Notes under the pieces: generated by a model | What the model was told of the DNA's origin: nothing | What the model saw: the letters and a program-made list of their open reading frames with translations, nothing else | Database searches by the model: none | Assembly: GCA_951406725.2 (NCBI GenBank) | Contig: OX597815.1 | Coordinates: 34,038,001-34,102,000, forward strand | Reading direction: 5' to 3' | DNA from: Octopus vulgaris | Lineage: Eukaryota | Length of the DNA: 64,000 nt | Position numbers and translations under genes: made by a program | Shown here: in pieces, positions 1-11,928 of the stretch | How the letters are laid out: each line of letters starts with the position of its first letter | Position numbering within the stretch: the stretch's first letter is position 1

Positions 1-282
1 GAAAATCGGCCCCAGTACTTACGCTTTTTAAATAAAAAAAAAGTACGTCACTCATTCTATCGGTTTCTTTGACCGAACCGCTGAGTTATGGGAGCGTAAA
101 TGAATTAACACGTGTTATCAAGCGGTGAGGGTAGGAGTGATAAACAAAGACGCGCACACACACACACCGAACCGCTGAGTTATGGGAGCGTAAATGAATT
201 AACACGTGTTATCAAGCGGTGAGTGTAGGAGTGATAAACAAAGACGCGCGCGCGCACACGCACACACACATACACACTTACA

Positions 283-321
<39 letters not shown>

Positions 322-485
322 CCCCCCACACACACGCCGGGCTTTTACGAAATTTCTATTTGCCAAATTCAATCACAAGGCATTGGGGCTATAGCAGAAG
401 ACATTTGCTCAAGGTGCCGTGCTGTGGGACTGAACGAGGAACCAAGTGGCTGGAAAGCGAGCTTCTTAACCATATAACCATGTCC
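1..485 (-). mobile_element. SINE family B (tRNA-derived, internal microsatellite), with a 95 bp internal tandem duplication
   Basis: Reverse complement matches the copies at 27533, 39535 and 57398; 72-166 is repeated at 167-261. Confidence 0.8.
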
Positions 486-548
486 TACAGTATTGTGGGT
501 CACATTTAATCTTTCGGTTGGCTGATTACGTGCTATATTCTTCCTCAG

Positions 549-701
549 CCAATACTTTTATGTTAATTTCGCCCCAAATAACTCGAGATTACGCAAAATT
601 GGCACCAGCAGCAGACGTTACAGTAGCTAACGTATCTAAAGTTACACTAACAATCCTCATTGTCTTACATTTTCTGTTGGCGGTTCTGATTTTAGTATTT
701 A
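549..701 (+). CDS. Candidate coding exon with hydrophobic segment (xNTFMLISPQ...TLTILIVLHFLLAVLILVF); internal, or terminal if read to TAA at 712
   Basis: Acceptor ttcttcctcag ends 548; open frame in phase 1; weak phase-1 donor A|gtattt after 701; C-terminal hydrophobic run of ~18 aa. Confidence 0.45.
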
Positions 702-1171
702 GTATTTGTTAATTTTGAATTTAGATTTAATCGCTTTTGTCTTCTAAAAAGAACATTTAAGCAGCTTCTAGTAGAACTATCATATATTTCTTATAAACAC
801 TTGCTTTTCGTAATCCATTAGGTCATGTGCTAAGCACGAAACCATTTACAGTTAATGCAGTTTTTCTGATAAAACCAGTTTCCTTTCCATGATAAACTCT
901 TTCTGTTATCATTCTTTTACGAGTTTCAGTCATCAGGTTACAGTTATGAGCGGGTCACCACTTTCAAGTGTTTGAATCGATTGTAGCAACCCTGATACTT
1001 TTTGGGTTATTTATTTTATCGATCTCAGAGGTAGGAAATTCAACCTATACATAAAGCAACGTAACGTAAAACAACATAGTATAAAGTAATGCAAATAAAC
1101 ACCACAAACTATTATATTGGATGCTCTACCGATTCAGTCAATACTCCATCCTTAAAGAGCTATATTTTCAT

Positions 1172-1263
1172 TGTTGGATTGGAAAACAAGCTGAGCAATT
1201 TGAATAATGAAAAGGATATCATCGTCAAAAAAGGAAAAAAGAAAGCAAGAACTAAAAGCTGAA
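1172..1263 (+). pseudogene. Degenerate duplicate of the exon at 2100-2246 (pseudo-exon)
   Basis: ttggaaaacaagctgagcaatttgaataatgaaaaggatatcatcgtcaaa aligns to 2114-2164; internal deletion/frameshift; cut by a SINE at ~1264. Confidence 0.75.
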
Positions 1264-1480
1264 GGCGGTGATTTGGCGGAATCGTTAGCACATCGGACAA
1301 AATGATTTAGGGCATTTCTTCCGGCTCTTTATCTTCTGAGTTCAAATTCCGCTGAATCGACTTCGCCTTTCCTCGCTTCAGGGTTGATAAAATAGGTGCC
1401 GGTTGAGTCCTGTGGTCGATGAAATCGACTTGCTCGATCCATTAAAATGGCCGTCTTTGTACCAAAATATGAAACCGATA
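1264..1480 (+). mobile_element. SINE family A (diverged)
   Basis: ggcggtgatttggcggaatcgttagc...ttctgagttcaaattccgc (A/B-box-like head) plus the shared core gcctttc...gataaa. Confidence 0.8.
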
Positions 1481-1542
1481 TTAGCACAGCTATCCCGCAA
1501 GGATTGTTACAAATATTTTCTGCCTTCTGTGTGTGTGCGTAC

Positions 1543-1575
<33 letters not shown>

Positions 1576-2099
1576 TGTGTGTGTGTATGTGTGAGCATGT
1601 GTACGTGCGCGCGCACATACACATACACACACAAACTTCTTAACCACACGGTCACTCCCATGTAACGTACGTGGTTTAGTGAAAGGACCAGGGGTCGCAA
1701 ATATCGGAATTTGGCTTCATTTGGGAATCCTGGACCGGTATTCTAATCATGTAGTTACTAGAACATTCCATTCTATTCTTTACCCATTCCAGCAGAAAAA
1801 ACGCTATTTACTCATAATAACCCTGAAACGTCGTCTGTAGCTATCTGACTGGCAGGATGAAGCGGCTGACCTCCCTTGTTCGAAGGTTTAAAATGGACGC
1901 AGTTTGTGTGTCAAATAGCTAGCTTAAGGCGATGGCCTCATGGAGCTAATCAGCGACAGCTTTAGTCTTATATTCATAAGACTGCCATATTAGTATGGCG
2001 ATAACTATTAATTTCCAGTAACGCTGTCGTAATCTCCTTTAGAGAGACTTAGTAATTTTAATATTTCTATTATATTTAATTTTTCTTTTACGTTTTTAG

Positions 2100-2246
2100 A
2101 AGTTATTACTGCATTGGAAAATAAATTGAACAATTTGAATAATGAAAAGGACATTTTCGTCAAATATATAAAACAATTTAGAAAAAGAAAACAAGAACTC
2201 AAGGATGAAGAACATCGACTGCAACGGAAGCTGGAATCACTGAAAA
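2100..2246 (+). CDS. Coding exon, coiled-coil-like (VITALENKLNNLNNEKDIF...HRLQRKLESLK)
   Basis: Long polypyrimidine tract + tttag acceptor, A|gtaag donor, 147 nt, phase 1-1, heptad-like charged helix. Confidence 0.75.
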
Positions 2247-2272
2247 GTAAGAAAGTTAGGGTTTATAATAGA

Positions 2273-3513
2273 CTAGCAGTATCGCCCGGCGTTGCTCGGG
2301 TTTGTAAGGGAAATAACTATAAAGCATTTTTAGAGAGTTATAGCCAAAAAATAGCAAAAAAAAATGCATTAAAAATGGAAAAAAAATGATGGTAAATTTT
2401 TTTTAAATCGTTGACTCATCGTAGACATTTTTAGAGAGTTACTTCCCTTATATAATAGCGAAAAAATGCATTAAAATGGAAAAAAATGATGGTAATTTTT
2501 TTTAAAATCGTAGACTCATCGTAGACGCGTGCTAATACCCAGAAGGGCTCGATATGAATCACGACTATAAGATACCCGCTTTTGGTTAAACTGCACCGCA
2601 AAATGTGGGAGTAGTTAGGAATCTAAATCGTAGGAGACAGACACAACTTCACTTTTATATATAACTAGCAGTATCGCCCGGCGTTGCTCGGGTTTGTAAG
2701 GGAAATAACTATAAAGCATTTTTAGAGAGTTATCGCCAAAAATAGCAAAAAAATGCATTAAAAATGGAAAAAAAATGATGGTAAAGTTTTTTTTAAATCG
2801 TTGACTCATCGTAGACATTTTTAGAGAGTTACTTCCCTTATATAATAGCGAAAAAATGCGTTAAAATGGAAAAAAATGATGGTAATTTTTTTAAAAATCG
2901 TAGACTCATCGTAGACGCGCGCTAATACCCAGAAGGGCTCGATATGAATCACGACTCTAAGATACCCGGTTTTGGTTAAACTACACCGCAAAATGCGGGA
3001 GTAGTTAGGAATCTAAATCGTAGGAGACAGACACACAACTTCACTTTTATATATAAAGACTAGCAGTATCGCCCGGCGTTGCTCGGGTTTGTAAGGGAAA
3101 TAACTATATAAGCATTTTTAGAGAGTTATAGCCAAATAAATTCGGGCTTTCTTAAATTTCTGTTTTGGTGTCTTCAAGCCATGGTCAATTGTTCTAAAAG
3201 AACGCTGGTCTCCTTGACTCGCTTTACGACGTTGATTTCATTTTTCACGAGGGAGGGAAGAAGGGGGAGAAGCAAACCAGCTTAGCGTGGACGCCAATCC
3301 GCCGCCATCGACACACGAAAAATTATGCATTAAAATGGAATAAAAAATTATGTTAAATTATTTTAAAAATCGTAGACCCATCGTAGACGCGCGCTAATAC
3401 CCAGAAGGGCTCGATATGAATCACGACTATAAGATAAGATGCACCGCAAAATGTGGGAGTAGTTAGGTTAAATCGTGGAGACAGACACACAACTTCACTT
3501 TTATATATAAAGA
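2273..3513 (-). mobile_element. Head-to-tail trimer of a non-autonomous Helitron-like element (units start at 2273, 2665, 3060)
   Basis: On the minus strand the array begins TC(tttatatataaaag); each unit ends with hairpin cccgagcaacgccggg followed by CTAG; the array sits between A and T with no TSD. Confidence 0.8.
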
Positions 3514-3699
3514 TATAAGACTATATACAACATGGAGGAGGTGTTGAAGGATGTCTTTGTCTTTTATCTTTTACTTGTCTCAGCCATTGAATTGCGGCCA
3601 TGCTGACGCACATTCTTGAAGGAAGGGTTTTTAGTCGAACAAATCGACCTCAGCGTGGTAGGGTGTGTACAAGTACGCAGGTATCCCTTCAAATTTATA

Positions 3700-3930
3700 G
3701 GCGGTGAGCTAGCAGAAACGTTTGCACGCCGGGCGAAATGCTTAGCGGTATTTCGTCTGCCGTTACGTTGTGAGTTCAAATTCCGCCGAGGTCGACTTTG
3801 CCTTTCATCCTTTCGGGGTCGATAAATAAAGTACCAGTTACATACTGGGGTCGATATAATCGACTTAATCCGTTTGTATGTCCTTGTTTGTCCCCTCTGT
3901 GTTTAGCCCCTTGTGGGTAGTAAAGAAATA
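3700..3930 (+). mobile_element. SINE family A, full length with TSD
   Basis: Matches the window consensus; ggtatcccttcaaat(t/a)ta duplicated at 3680 and 3931. Confidence 0.9.
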
Positions 3931-4228
3931 GGTATCCCTTCAAATATATTTGCATACGTTTAGTTCTGTTCTTAACTTCACCTCCTGATAGCCAGATGCA
4001 ACGCATATGAACACCCACACACATGCACATACCGCGCACGTACTGACACAGACATGTGTATGCGCGCTAGATTATAAGGACATAAACCAAGCGAACAAAC
4101 ACAAACACACACACAAAGAAATACATACATGCACACTTACAAACATATAACTATATGCGGCCATACAAACATATAACCAGCTGCGGCCATGCTGATGCAT
4201 GCATCATATAAAACTATATATATATGTG

Positions 4229-4234
4229 TGTGTG

Positions 4235-4273
<39 letters not shown>

Positions 4274-4279
4274 TTTTTT

Positions 4280-4327
<48 letters not shown>

Positions 4328-4336
4328 TATCTATTA

Positions 4337-4401
<65 letters not shown>

Positions 4402-4435
4402 ACTGTCTGTCTATCTATCTATCTATCTATCTATC

Positions 4436-4478
<43 letters not shown>

Positions 4479-4505
4479 CTTATATACATACATCTCTCTC
4501 TCTCT
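4229..4505. repeat. Compound microsatellite (TA)n/(TG)n/(TATC)n
   Basis: Directly visible. Confidence 0.95.
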
Positions 4506-4521
4506 TCCTTTCTATTTACAG

Positions 4522-4701
4522 AATATTTAGCAAAAGATTCTAAATTGAATGTTTGTATAACGAAATGGAAACTAATTTGCACAAAGCTTTGTCTAGCAAT
4601 ACTAAATTTAATTCTGTCAACAGGAGAAATTGTAACAATCCTGCTTGCAATAAAGATGTTTACCAAGTATACACTTGTGGCTACAGAATTTGGAGCCAAG
4701 T
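4522..4701 (+). CDS. Coding exon with hydrophobic segment ([59 protein letters not shown])
   Basis: Acceptor tctatttacag; 180 nt open in phase 1; the only late phase-1 donor is non-canonical T|gcaagt at 4702. Confidence 0.6.
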
Positions 4702-4789
4702 GCAAGTCGTAGAGAACATTACGGCACAGAAAGAATTACCTTAGATTGATTCAACTTTTGCTTCCAAAACTTTATAATGAAACAAAATA

Positions 4790-5004
4790 TTGGTTTCAAA
4801 TTTTGGCATAATGCCCGAAATTTCGGAGAGGGAGTAATTCTTTAACATCGACCTCAGTGTTTAACTGACACTTATTTTATCGACTCCGAAAGGATGAAAA
4901 GCAAAGTCAACGTCGGTGGAAAAGGAACTCAGATCGTAAAAGACGGACGAAATACCTCTATGCACTTCGCCAGGCGTGCTAACGATTCTGCCAGCTCGCC
5001 GCCT
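4790..5004 (-). mobile_element. SINE family A
   Basis: aaggatgaaaagcaaagtcaac...ctgccagctcgccgcc is the reverse complement of the consensus. Confidence 0.85.
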
Positions 5005-5106
5005 TGTTTGCGAAACAAAATATTGTTATTACTTCTTTTGCCTTAATAAAAGCGTCAACCAGTAATCTTCATTGGAAACTAATTCTGTACGAATTATATA
5101 TTTCAG

Positions 5107-5265
5107 CTGAGTTCGATAAAGAAAAGGTCAACTTGGATGATTTAACGGAAGAAATGAGCGCCTTCTTAGCTATCAAGGCGGCCCAGTTATCAACAAATGA
5201 CGAAATGAGAGCTATGGCGACATCGCAACTGGAAAGCTTAAAGGAAATTGCGAAATCTTTGAAAA
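5107..5265 (+). CDS. Coding exon, helical (EFDKEKVNLDDLTEEMSAFLAIKAAQLSTNDEMRAMATSQLESLKEIAKSLK)
   Basis: tttcag acceptor, A|gtaagt donor, 159 nt, phase 1-1, protein-like composition. Confidence 0.8.
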
Positions 5266-5769
5266 GTAAGTGATATAAGTGTTTCTAATTTAGGCACAAT
5301 GCCAGTAATTTCAGAGGGGAGTAGTCGATTACATTGACTCGTATTTATTTTATTGACCCTGAAGGAATAAAGGCAAAGATGACTTCGGCAAGAAATTTTT
5401 TCCGACGCTTTAACATTTCCGGCAAATCACTGCATTAAGTAATGCGTTTACTATTCTGTTCTCTCGTTAGGAATTAACTACATTTAGTGTGAGACATGTC
5501 AGCTGGGTTGGATTGTAGGTTTGCTATACCAGTACTACTCCGGCAAGAATCTATCCACGATTATCGAGTTATCAAATACTATGTCAAATGCTTTGTCAGT
5601 TCTTCATTTAATATGCAAATAACTGAGTGGTAAAGAAGCTTGCTTAACTCGCTTAGGTTTCGGGTTCAGTCCTACTGTTCGGCACCTTACACAGACGTCT
5701 TCTTCTATAGTCCCTAACCAATCAATGCCTTGAGAGTGAATTTGGTAAAAAGAAAACTATGTGCAAGCC

Positions 5770-5842
<73 letters not shown>

Positions 5843-5911
5843 ATGATAGATCGTTAGCCACTACACACATTTTTTTTCTCTCCTTGTTTCTCTCCTTGTA
5901 TTTTCTGTGTC

Positions 5912-5948
5912 CCTATCTGTTGGAGAGCGTAGGCTCGAAACGTAAAAT
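5912..5948 (+). ncRNA. Degenerate minimal hammerhead-like motif in a (TA)n-embedded short repeat (~5841-6050)
   Basis: CTGTTGG-a-gagc gtag gctc-GAAA-CGTA; same family as 25358-25393; core deviates from CUGANGA. Confidence 0.4.
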
Positions 5949-6139
5949 AACTTTTTTCTTTTTCTTCCTGAGCGTTATACTAATACATGTGTTTTGTTTT
6001 GTATACCACCTGTCTTCGTCTTTTGTTTTTTTCGTAAACTCTCCTTATATATATATGTAAAGTTCCAAAATTTGAACAGAGACGCAACAAAGGAACAAAC
6101 GGAAAATTCACGCACGATGCACGGACATTGCTCATTCTT

Positions 6140-6303
6140 TTGGTAAGAAGCTCGCTTTTCAACCGCACGGTGCCGGGTTCAGTTCCACTGCGTGGAACCT
6201 TGGGCAAGTGTGTTTTACTACCCTCGGGCCAACCAAAGCCTTGTGAGTGAATTTTGTAGACGGAAACTGAAAGAAGTCCGTCGTAAATACATACATACAT
6301 ACA

Positions 6304-6339
<36 letters not shown>

Positions 6340-6605
6340 TACGTGTGTGTGTATGTGTGTGTATTATATGTAGGTATATATCTATATGTGTGTGTCTTTG
6401 TGTCTATGTTTGTTCCCCCATCACCGCCTGACAATCGACATTGGTGTGTTTACGTCCCCGTAACTTAACGGTTCGGCAAAAAAGACCGATACAATAAGCA
6501 TTTGGCTTACAAAGAATATGTCCAAAGAATTTGTTCGACTAAAAACCCCTTCAAGGCTGTGCTCCAGTATGGTTGCAGTCAAATTACTGAAACAAATAAA
6601 AGAAT
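6140..6605 (+). mobile_element. SINE family B
   Basis: ggtaagaagctcgc...ccttgggcaagtg...ggaaactgaaagaag...ctccagtatggttgcagtcaaattactgaaacaa. Confidence 0.85.
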
Positions 6606-6877
6606 ATATATATATATATACATATATATATAAAGAATATGAGGGGGTTTAGTTCACTTGTGATCTAAAACGAATAGGTACGCCAGTCAAGTGCTATACG
6701 TGGTCGACCATTAGGTTCCAAGATGACAGCTGAAGCTGAATCTAGGGACCCGTGTTAGGATTCCGTTATAACAGGTATATATTATATTAGAGGAAAAATC
6801 AAAAACAAGGCAGAACGAGTACCTCAAGTCACTTAGAATAATTTAATAAGGATAAGGTGAATTTAAGTGGGGTAAGG

Positions 6878-6953
6878 TGAATACAGCCGTTTCTGAGATA
6901 ACCCAAGTGGTAGGCTCGCATGTCCGTGCATTGGGTATGCCGTCATCAGAGAC
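6878..6953 (-). ncRNA. Minimal type I hammerhead-like motif (Penelope-like repeat relic), stem I broken
   Basis: Minus strand: gtct-CTGATGA...acccaa/ttgggt stem...GAAAC-GGCT-GTA; related to 24220 and 24938. Confidence 0.55.
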
Positions 6954-7427
6954 AAGGTATGAATATTTTAGACAGTGAAAATTTACAGTTTACAAGGAAG
7001 AAAATTCATAGTTTATAGGGAATAAAATAGAAAAATAAAGAGTAAAAGTAGTTTGAGGAACATAGGCAGAAGAATAATGTTCGCGGCTCGTCTTTTTCTA
7101 GGGAATATGGATGTTGGTCAGTATTTCCTTGGTACATCCACGAAGGTTTAGGGTTTTAGTTAAAACCCCACGTTTTCTCTAAACTATTGTCCTTATAACC
7201 GTAGCAAGATTAGCCTTCCGCCCCAACTCTACTGTAACTTTAACGTTTAACCTCTAACCCCCATACAATACTGACATATCTATATCGTTATTTTACTTTT
7301 ATTTATTCATTTTATTTTTTACTCTGTTACCTCTATCTTATTTTATTTTTATTCCCTTTCTCCTCTCTCCCATATACGCTCACTCACAAAACTCATTTAT
7401 GATAGATCTATCATAACTTTTTCTTTT

Positions 7428-7986
7428 ATTGAGTGAGAGAGCAGTGCATGCCATCAGAGTGATACTGGGGTAAAATATACGAAGCCCAGTATACCCATCA
7501 TGACTACGTGTCTGATAAGGGTACACCAAGCACATGCATCACAACCATATGTGCGCGACAAGGTGATCTTATATCACGATAAACAGCGCATGACCTTGCA
7601 GGTGGGGCCCAGTTAGAATTTTCTTCAGGTTGAGTAGCCCATGCCGCTCAAAAGGTCCCTGAAGAAGGTTTGTTAAAGGATGATGAACGAAACACCCATG
7701 TTTCCAAAGGTGAATTATCCAAACCCCAAAGAATTCCTCTCAACACATGGCTATGATGTTCCCCCACTACTTCTGCTCGTAATCAGAGATGCGCATATCA
7801 TCAGCCACTAAGGGACATGCTCAACTGGTTAAGGTCAAACAACTGACAAGCAAATCTGTGGTATTGAGCAGAATATTTGCTGTAGCCCATCTTTTATACC
7901 AAGACAAAACAATGTACATGATAGCACTTTCAATCAGTTAAGATCAGAAGCCACGAGAGCCACTGCCTGGTACTGCATCAGGGCAT
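7428..7986 (-). mobile_element. Family D ~560 bp non-coding element (normally embedded in (AAT)n)
   Basis: High identity to 22519-23074 and to the reverse complement of 50083-50586. Confidence 0.85.
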
Positions 7987-7999
7987 GGTGAAGTATCAA

Positions 8000-8110
8000 C
8001 GTGAAACAAAGTGTTTTGCTCAAGAACATAACGCATCGCCCGGTCCAGGAATCGAAACCACAATCTTACGATCATGATGCTACGCCCTAACCACTAAGCC
8101 ATGCGCCTCC
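8000..8110 (-). mobile_element. SINE family C, 5' part
   Basis: Reverse complement ggaggcgcatggcttagtggttagg...ggtttcgattcc...ttgagcaaaacactt matches the head at 31065. Confidence 0.75.
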
Positions 8111-8120
8111 ACAACTTTTC

Positions 8121-8155
<35 letters not shown>

Positions 8156-8409
8156 TTAAATTTTTCGTTTTTATTTTTATTTTTTACCCTTTTTACCACT
8201 GTTTTATTCCTTTATTCCTTTCTACTATCTCGCTTTCTCTCTTTCTTCTCTCACTTTCTCATACACCCACTCACAAAACGCATTTATGTCCATCATAATT
8301 TCTCGTTCTATTTACCCATTTACAATATGAATACATCATTCGGAATACTGCCAAAATACTGCCTGGATTTACCAAGGATTTTAACTAAAAACCTATAACA
8401 CATATATAT

Positions 8410-8641
8410 ATATTTCTTTACTACCCTCAAGGGGCTAAACACAGATGGGACAAACAAGGACAGACAAACGGATTAAGTCGTTTACATCGACCCTAGTGCG
8501 TAACTGGTACTTAATTTATCGACCCCGAAAGGATGAAAGGCAAAGTCGACCTCGGCGGAATTTGAACCCGAAACGTAACGACAGACGAAATACGGCTATG
8601 CATTTCGCCCGGCGTGCCAACGTTTCTGCCAGTTCACCGCC
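8410..8641 (-). mobile_element. SINE family A with TSD
   Basis: Consensus match; cctataacacatatatat at 8392 and 8640. Confidence 0.9.
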
Positions 8642-8759
8642 TATAACACATATATATGTGTGCATGTATGTGTGTGTGTGTGTGTGCGCGCGTGCACGCG
8701 TTTATGTTTATGTGTGGTGTAGGTATTTGTGTTTGTGTACACATATGTGTGCGTGTTTA

Positions 8760-9040
8760 TGTGTGTGTGTGTGTGTATGTGCGCGCGTGCGTGTGTGCGT
8801 CTTTGTCTCTGTGTTTGTTCTCTCCACCTCTTTAATACCGCTGTTGCTTTGTTTACGTACCTGTAACTTAGCGGTTCGGCAAATAGATACCGATAGAATA
8901 AGTGCCAGACTTTCAAAAAACAAAAAAAAAACAGGAAAAAAATCGAAGATAACTACTGGGGGTCAATCTATCCGACAAATACGCTTCAAGGTGCTACTCC
9001 AGCATGGCCGTAGTCCAATGCCTGAAGCAATTTAAAGAAA
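8760..9040 (+). mobile_element. SINE family B, 3' half
   Basis: gtaacttagcggttcggc...ctccagcatggccgtagtc. Confidence 0.75.
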
Positions 9041-9388
9041 GATCATAACGACAGCTGATTGCAAGGTAAATTCAGTACTTGGGGTTATCGGGTAGAAATA
9101 ACAAAAACCCAATTCTAAAGAATCACTTTTATACGCTGTGACAATTTCCAGGTGTATCCAAATGTCTTGAATTGCATCGGTGAAATCTTTTGATCATATA
9201 TGCATTTATTACCATGTCTGGTCGTACAGGTAAGCAGGTATTCGCTTAGTTACACACACACGCACACACACATATACTCACACACATATACACATACACA
9301 CACCACACCACGCACACACACACACATAGACACACACATAAACGGACATACATACATGTACAATTGTATGTGTGTGTTTATATGAATT

Positions 9389-9466
<78 letters not shown>

Positions 9467-9636
9467 AGAGAGAGATGTGTATGTGTGGGAGGTTTATATG
9501 AATTTATGAATATATAACTTTTTCCTTTCTTTGTTTCTTTGTTTCTCTTTTTTTCATTCATTCTTTCTTTCGTTCTTTTTCTTCCTTTCGTTATTTTCTT
9601 TTTTTCCTTCCTTCCTTCCTCCGTTCTCCCTACTTC

Positions 9637-9688
<52 letters not shown>

Positions 9689-10670
9689 TCCCTGTCTCCC
9701 CCACCCCACACAAACGCGCACATACACGTCTGTGTCAGTACGTGCGCGGTATGTGATAGTGCGTGGGTGTTTATCTGCGTTGCATCTGGCCATCAGGGGG
9801 GTGAAGTTAAGAATAGAACTAAACGTATGCAAATATATCTGAAGGAATACCTGCGTACTTGTACACACCTTACCACGCCCCCTCCACACACAGGTGTGTG
9901 TGCGTGTGAACGATGTTAGCTGCTCATACATAATTCACACAAACGCTTTCAAAATAAGAAATATCAACACAGAAAGGACATTCGGTCCAATCAGTGACTG
10001 CTTGATAGCCAAATCGTCATCAAATGCCTCGTGGATGAGAGCTTATTTCAATCCTAGTTCAATTAAATTATTATTATTAGACATAAAATACACCACCACC
10101 TGATGATGACAAAGGTGGATACGTTTGAAATGTATTAGTTAGGGTTATGAGATGTTTTGGCATAGCTGTTATGGCGTCGTGAATTTGGCGTCGTTGATTC
10201 GACGCAGATTTATTTGACATCAAGCATTTTAATGTTTACTTCGTCCCCTTTCTCCATTACTTCCCCCCGCTCGCTCCTCTCTCTTTCTCTATGTTTATGC
10301 ATTTGAGCATATTTCTCTATGTGTATGAGGAGAGAAAGAGAGAGAGAGAGAGAGAGGAGAGAGAGGGGTAAAAGAGAGAAAGTGTGTGTGTGTGTGTGTT
10401 TATATCAATAGTGTTCAATTAGCAAATTGTAATCCCTGCCCCTGTCTGTCTGTCTGTCTCTCTCATTCATTCACTCTGGATGTATATATATATTTTTGTG
10501 TGCACCTGTGAATGTGTTTACCCCTAGAGTTAAAAACAACTGTCGGCAAAATGGCTGAATGTCATGCCAGCCGTGTTAATGTCCAAGCAGCTGCGCCTAA
10601 TCGCCCCATTCCGTAGTACTACACCCTCCTCCATCTACTAGAAAAGATTTTAATATTTTTGTCATTCCTA

Positions 10671-10833
10671 GGGCGGCGAGCTGGCAGAATCGTTAGCACG
10701 CCGGGTATCCGTCATTACGTTCTGAGTTCAAATTCCGGGGTTGATAAAATAAGTACAAGTTGATCACTAGGGTCAATGTAATCGACTTATCCTCTCCCCT
10801 AAAATTGTTGGACTTGTGCCTAAATTTAAACCC
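10671..10833 (+). mobile_element. SINE family A, internally deleted
   Basis: ggcggcgagctggcagaatcgttagcacgccggg...ttctgagttcaaattcc. Confidence 0.8.
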
Positions 10834-11006
10834 AATATTTCTGTCATTCTTATCACTATTTATTTAAGACTATATTTATTTAAGAAAAGCAACGACATAG
10901 CAGTATGGTTAAAAAGTTCGTTGTGCGATCACTTGGTTCCGATTTCGATCACACGGTGCGGATTTCGGTTAACGCATGTCATGAAAATAGACTCTGCGGA
11001 AACTAG

Positions 11007-11040
<34 letters not shown>

Positions 11041-11642
11041 GTGTGTGTGCGCGTAGAAATGTGTTTGTGTGGTTGTGATATTTGCCAGTGTAAACTAATT
11101 TCGAGTCCTTTATGTAAGAAATGTAACCGTAGCCTAACCATTCGATAAATACAATGTATATATAATAATACCAAAGTACTTGAGTCGATATGATCCACCA
11201 TATTCTAAAGGCTGAAACCAAAGAATACAAAGGTAAACATAATTAACGTCTATTCTTTATAAATAAATATCAATTTCGTCTACACTGTTTAATTATTATG
11301 CAAAATAAACGGTGAAGAAAGTCAGTAAAGTCAGTTAACCCCATTCCGTCACACGGTGTAGTTCACCTCCAACGGAAACTATTACATATCTGATGTCGCT
11401 AAAATAACTAACCGACTCAACATGTTAACAAACAGACTGACTGCTCGCTGTTGTACATGATCTGGGCAAATCTTTGATTAAAACATATCTTAAATTAGAT
11501 CTAAGTACTCGAAAAAAATGCTTCCATACATACATACACACATACATACATACATACATACATACATACATACATACATAAATACATACATACATACATA
11601 CATACATACATACATACATACATACATACATACATACATACA

Positions 11643-11928
11643 TGATGGCTGCCCCCTCGTTATCGAGTATGCACGAAGCTTAACTGTTACTGGTGCTGTG
11701 ATCGAATGTGACTTTTTATTTGCTTTTTAAGGCTGACAGCCATTCATTTGAGACTCACAGCACCATCAACAATCATGAACAATGTTGTTATCGCGCAATG
11801 CCTGTGCAAGAAGATTTTTTTTAAAGCAAGCTTGGTGGGGTTGCCGGTTTAGTCGCCGACGACCCGACCATGCAACAGGTTGTACTAGGTTACATGTTAC
11901 CAGTAGCACTCGAAAGATTATCTTAGAG
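11643..11928 (-). mobile_element. Short non-autonomous RTE-like element flanked by (TACA)n
   Basis: Minus-strand 3' end ...cgataacgagggggcagccatc followed by (ATGT)n resembles recalled RTE termini; microsatellite on both sides. Confidence 0.5.

Noticed and set aside
10095-10146. CTGATGA...GAAA hammerhead candidate
   Set aside because: Stems I-III pair too poorly to support a call; at best a decayed relic.
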